DNA of 64,000 bases from assembly GCF_009914755.1 (NCBI RefSeq), contig NC_060933.1. The stretch is one strand, 5' to 3'. The stretch's first letter is position 1; each line of letters opens with the position of its first letter. This DNA is from the human T2T-CHM13v2.0 reference genome, Homo sapiens. A program made the position numbers and the translations under genes. Positions 57,901 through 64,000 of this stretch are shown here, in pieces. Below the pieces are notes generated by a model that saw only the letters and a list, made by a program, of their open reading frames with translations, was not told the origin of the DNA and searched no databases.

Positions 57901-60313
57901 GTCATGCAGATATCAAACAAGAAAGAACTCATTCCCTAAGCAGGGAATTGACCCTGAAGTTGGGATGCCATTGTAATGGCAGAGACCAAGAGAAAGTACT
58001 GCCACGTATTTACAAGGTCAAGCTCCCAAGGACATAACTGACCAGTTTGCTGGGCTGTCTTGAACAGCGAGCTTGTGGAGTCCCAGGGCTGTGTTCTATC
58101 CTACGGTACCCTTCTTTATGACAGAACAATACAGAAAGACACACAAATCATGCCAGATTCACCACAGCTTAAGAGTAGCCTCACAAATCTTTTTTCCATT
58201 AATCAAAACTTTATGAAGGAGATAAACAGTGATTTTTACCATTCATTCAACTGGTTTGCACAGAGAGAGAGGCCAGAAGTCTGACTGGTAAGAAATTTTT
58301 ACCCTTTTGCCAGCATGCCAGGCTTCTGGGTTCCCTTTCCCTAGTGAACAGCCCTAGTGACCTGTGGGCTGCACCACAGCCCTGGGGGCCAAGCCACATT
58401 ATAAAGGAAAATTGTCTTTTTCTGTTCTGGCCGGAGAAAAATACATGTGACAAAGCAGACACTAGCTGCCCTGCTTAGCACCCAATGTCAAACTACTATG
58501 GCTCAAACTTGCTCCTGATTGGGCCCTGTCATCATTAATCCAACCTCTGACCAGCAGTTTCAACTTGCGGTCACAGGGCAAGATGATCACCCTGAATAAT
58601 AAAAAATATAGGAAAGGAAAAAGAGAGAGAGAAATGCGTTGTCTGCAGCAGGGTGGGGGAGGCGAAGAGGTCAGGGAGGCCAGAGAAAGACCCATCTATT
58701 GCAGCAACACTGAAAAGTTCAGGTGGCCATTTGTCGGTCATAGGAGGGATCTTTTCCAGCAGTTCCATCAGCTCTCATGTTTCCCCTTTAGGGAGAAAAA
58801 AGCTCCCCATGTCCCTTCATCCTGTACATGCCTAATTCTGTCGCCCACAGCCATCAGCAAAGAATGTAAGGCAGATTAATTAAAAAAGAATAGGAATTAA
58901 CATCCCATGGTGCCAAATCCATTCTTAGCCCAGAAGGACTTTACTAAATGGCTCCTCCAACCCCCTAAATCTTAGGAATGACTCTAACCTTCTTAAGTTG
59001 GGCCTTGAACCCAAGTTCAGTCGAGTTTCCTTGCCTTTTATTAAGAGGGGCCTTTAAGGCTGGGTGCGATGGCTTGCACTTGTAATAACAGCACTTTGGG
59101 AGGCCAAGGCAGGTGGATCACTTGAGGTCCAGGAGTTCAAAACCAGCCTGGCCAACATGGTGAAACCCCATCTCTATTAAAGATACAAAAATTAGCCAGG
59201 TGTGGTGGTGGGTGCCTGTAATCCCACAAGGCAGGTGGATCACTTGAGGTCCAGAAGTTCAAAACCAGCCTGGCCAACATGGTGAAATCCCATCTCTATT
59301 AAAAATACACAAATTAGCCAGGTGTGGTGGTGGGTGCCTGTAATCCCAGCTACTCAGGGCTGAGGCAGGAGAATCACTTGAACCCAGGAGGAGGAGGTTG
59401 CAGTGAGATCGCACGACTGCACTCCAGCCTGGGCGACAGAGTGAGACTCTGTCAAAAAAAAAAAAAAAAAAGGCGGGGGGTGTCTTTTACCCACTCTGTC
59501 TTAGGAGAGATTCTAACTCCCCTAAGTTGGCCTCTAACCCAATCCCATCCTTTACTCACATATATGCACACCACTTGCCCAAAGTCAGCCAATTGGTGTG
59601 TGTACAGATAATTTTCCTTCGGGTCGAGGGTCTCCTCAGTATCATACCTTTGGAGTTCACCAGAAAGATGTTACCGGACCCCACCACTTACCCCAAATTA
59701 GCCTTTGGGTTGGGGGCTTCCTCAGTATTGTCCCTTCCATGGTCACCAGAAAGATGTTACCAGAAATGGGTCCTGATCCAGACTCAAGAGAGGGATATTG
59801 GATCTCGGATCTCGCACAAGAAAGAATTTGAGGTGAGTCCATAGGCAAAAGTGAAAGCAAGTTTGTTAAGAAAGTAAAGTAATAAGAGAATGGCTACTCC
59901 GTAGACAGAGCAGCCCCAAAGGGTGCTGGTTGCCCATTTTTATGGTTATTTCTTGATGATATGCTAAACAAGGGGTGGATTATTAATGCCTCCCCTGTTT
60001 AGACCACATAAGGTAACTCCCTGATGTTGCCATGGCATTTGTAAACTGTCATGGCACTGGTGGGAGTGTAGCAGTGAGGACGACCAGCGGTCACTCTCAT
60101 TGCCATCTTGGTTTTGGTGGGAATTAGCCACCTTCTTGACTGCAACCTGTTTTATCAGCAAAGTCTTTATGACCTTTATCTCGTGCCGACCTCCTATCTC
60201 ATCCTGTGACTTAGAATGCCTAACCATCTGGGAATCCAGCCCAGCAGGTTTCAGCCTCATTTTATCCAGCCCATATTCAAGATGGAGTTGCTCTGGTTCA
60301 AATGCCTCTGACA
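54933..60313 (-). mobile_element. MER41A-type ERV1 provirus (5' LTR 60313-59755, 3' LTR 55489-54933)
   Basis: Both LTRs read ...tctgaca at their right edge. A reverse-complement PPT tttcccctctcccttttct lies at 55490. The LTRs lack the GAS-bearing segment. TSD not resolved. Confidence 0.9.
59058..59471 (+). mobile_element. AluS with an internal 122-bp tandem duplication
   Basis: 59105-59226 is repeated at 59227-59348 with 4 mismatches. Confidence 0.93.
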
Positions 60314-61124
60314 CTTCCACCCAGGAGTTTCAGAAGGTGAAGGGAGTTGGGAAACGCATCATTGTAGGCAGAATTGCAGAAGCTTCCACAGAATCTGAAA
60401 AGTTAGAGACAGAGGGATGGGGGTCCAAGTATAACAGAAATTTTTTTTGTGTTCCTGAGTCACAGGAGAACTGGTTGGTCAGAGATGGCTTTTAGGGCTG
60501 AATGAATGCTGCCGCTCTGAAATTGATCTTGCTATTGCCTGTTGCTTGGAACCTCCAGGGACCCAAGGGGCAGACTGGCCTTTTTCGGGGTTAGTGTGTC
60601 AGTGTGCTTTGTAAACTGTAAGGTCATACTCAAAACATATATCCCTCATTTTCAGGCGAGAGGGAAGTACCACTAAACCTTTAAGCCACTGATATATGTC
60701 TGGACTCCATCAAAGTGTCCTGCACCCTTCTTGGGGGCCTTAGGGTGGTGGTGTGGTTTGTCTCTTGAGCCCTAGTGTTCACTCTTCAATATCAGGGCCT
60801 GATTCTGAGTTTTCACAAGGATCTATCCATAAAAGGTCTTATTTAAAGAAAGAGAAAGTATAGCTTGAAGTTCCATGAACCTGAGAAATGGTAGGGTAAG
60901 TCATAATAAAATATGTGTGCATACGCACAGAAAAGTCTATAAGGACAGACACCAGGCTAGGAACTGCACTGACCATCAGAAGGATTCATGCCTGGTGTGG
61001 GGAAGAGTGACTTTTGATTTTTTACTCTATGTATGTCTTACAGTGTTAAATTTTTCCAACAGGAATGTATTCATGTGTTACTTATGCAATTAGAAAGAAC
61101 AAGTAAAAGAAACTGATGCCTAAC

Positions 61125-61262
61125 AGGATGGCTCTCAAACTGGAGTATGCACTGGCACCCCAGGACGGCTTGTTAAACGCAAGCTGCTAGGCCCCACCCC
61201 AGAATTTCTAACTCAGTAGCTCTGGGTGGAGCCTAATGCTAATGATCTGGTCAGAGACCACA
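61125..61262. mobile_element. MER5-like hAT fragment
   Basis: ggctctcaaactggag...gcttgttaaacgcaagctgctaggccccaccccagaatttctaactcagtag. Confidence 0.65.
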
Positions 61263-62269
61263 TAGTGTCTTAGAAAGGTGGAATTCTGAGCTTCAGGTTT
61301 CACTGGAGGAGCCAGGATTTGAGCCCAGACTACATCACATTAGACCTAACTCTTGACCTCAACCATTTGCTGACCAGGGCTACTTCTGTGTGATGGAATT
61401 AAGGGGAATTTGGTTTTTGATCATTTTCTTAAAATATATTTTTAATGTATTTATTGGATTTTTAAATATAACATCAACTCATCCTGAAAGTCCTACAAGT
61501 ATGCTTTCTGTAGTTTTTCAAAGTTGTTAAGTATTTATTGCTTTGGTACTTTTTGTTAATTATGTCATGAGCCTTTTTTTTTTGGTCTCAATGCAGTGTA
61601 TCCCCAAGATGACAACTCTGGTGTGAATCTGAACAGGACGCCAGGATGTGGGGATGCCCTCTCACTCCACACCATACAGGGCTGGCGAGGATATATCCTT
61701 TCTTTAACAAACGGCAGCATCCTAAAATACAAATAGGTTTCACCAACCCAAGGAAATCAAGAAGGAAATACATGTATATCATGATGGAGAGAATTTTTTT
61801 TTCCCATTTAAAAATCGACTGAAGGTTCCGGATGATGTTGGCAGTCTGCATGCACACAGCAGCCTCTCCCTCCACCCACATCCCCAGGAGTACAGAAGAG
61901 TTGTAAAGAATAAGCAAATCCCTAAAACAGAAGAAGTGGCATGTTGGTGGACCAACTATATTAAGGCATCCCTGAAAAAGGGAAAGCCAATCAGGATAGG
62001 ACTGAATAGGAAATTCACAAACACCATGCATACATCAGAGGACTGACGCATTAGCACAGAGAGCACTAAGAGACCGAAAGTAAAAGTTGCCAAGAGAATG
62101 CCTTGTATAGATGGACTTCATTCTGCTTCCTGAACCAATTATTTCCAAGGGGAAAATGATTACAATGATTCGCTTAAAGTAATCAAGACCACCCCTAGAG
62201 ACAGTGCACAACTCCAAAAACATACTACTGCTACACAATGGGAAATGGACCTTGAGGAATCAACCACAG

Positions 62270-63970
<1,701 letters not shown>

Positions 63971-64000
63971 CTTCAACCCTCACCATTCATTCAGTAAATG

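Overview
Primate (very probably human) genomic DNA lying inside the SHC3 (ShcC/Rai/N-Shc) gene, which is transcribed on the minus strand. The only confidently protein-coding piece is a 71-nt exon at 29336-29406 (-). It is too short for the ORF track and encodes [23 protein letters not shown](R) from the PTB domain, which corresponds to exon 2. By inference, 29407-64000 is intron 1 and 1-29335 is intron 2. The introns are dominated by transposable elements: Alus, old L1/L2/MIR, DNA transposons (MER2, MER5, MER20, Tigger, Tc2/Kanga, MADE2, a Ricksha MULE with a fossil transposase), solo LTRs, and two MER41 proviruses arranged tail-to-tail. The first provirus carries intact tandem GAS/STAT1 motifs in both LTRs and a 5.6-kb L1PA insertion. 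The most unusual structure is an ancient, degenerate ~31-bp tandem array of ~3.6 kb (30400-34005) just upstream of exon 2. Its CpG-decay pattern allows an ancestral unit to be reconstructed, and it is enriched in D-box (TTAYGTAA) and TACGTG motifs. Several strong sense-strand cryptic exons are also visible: a 13-nt microexon, an 81-nt in-frame cassette, a poison exon and an intronic terminal exon. Repeat subfamily names come from recall of consensus sequences, not from a database search, and boundaries of old elements are approximate.
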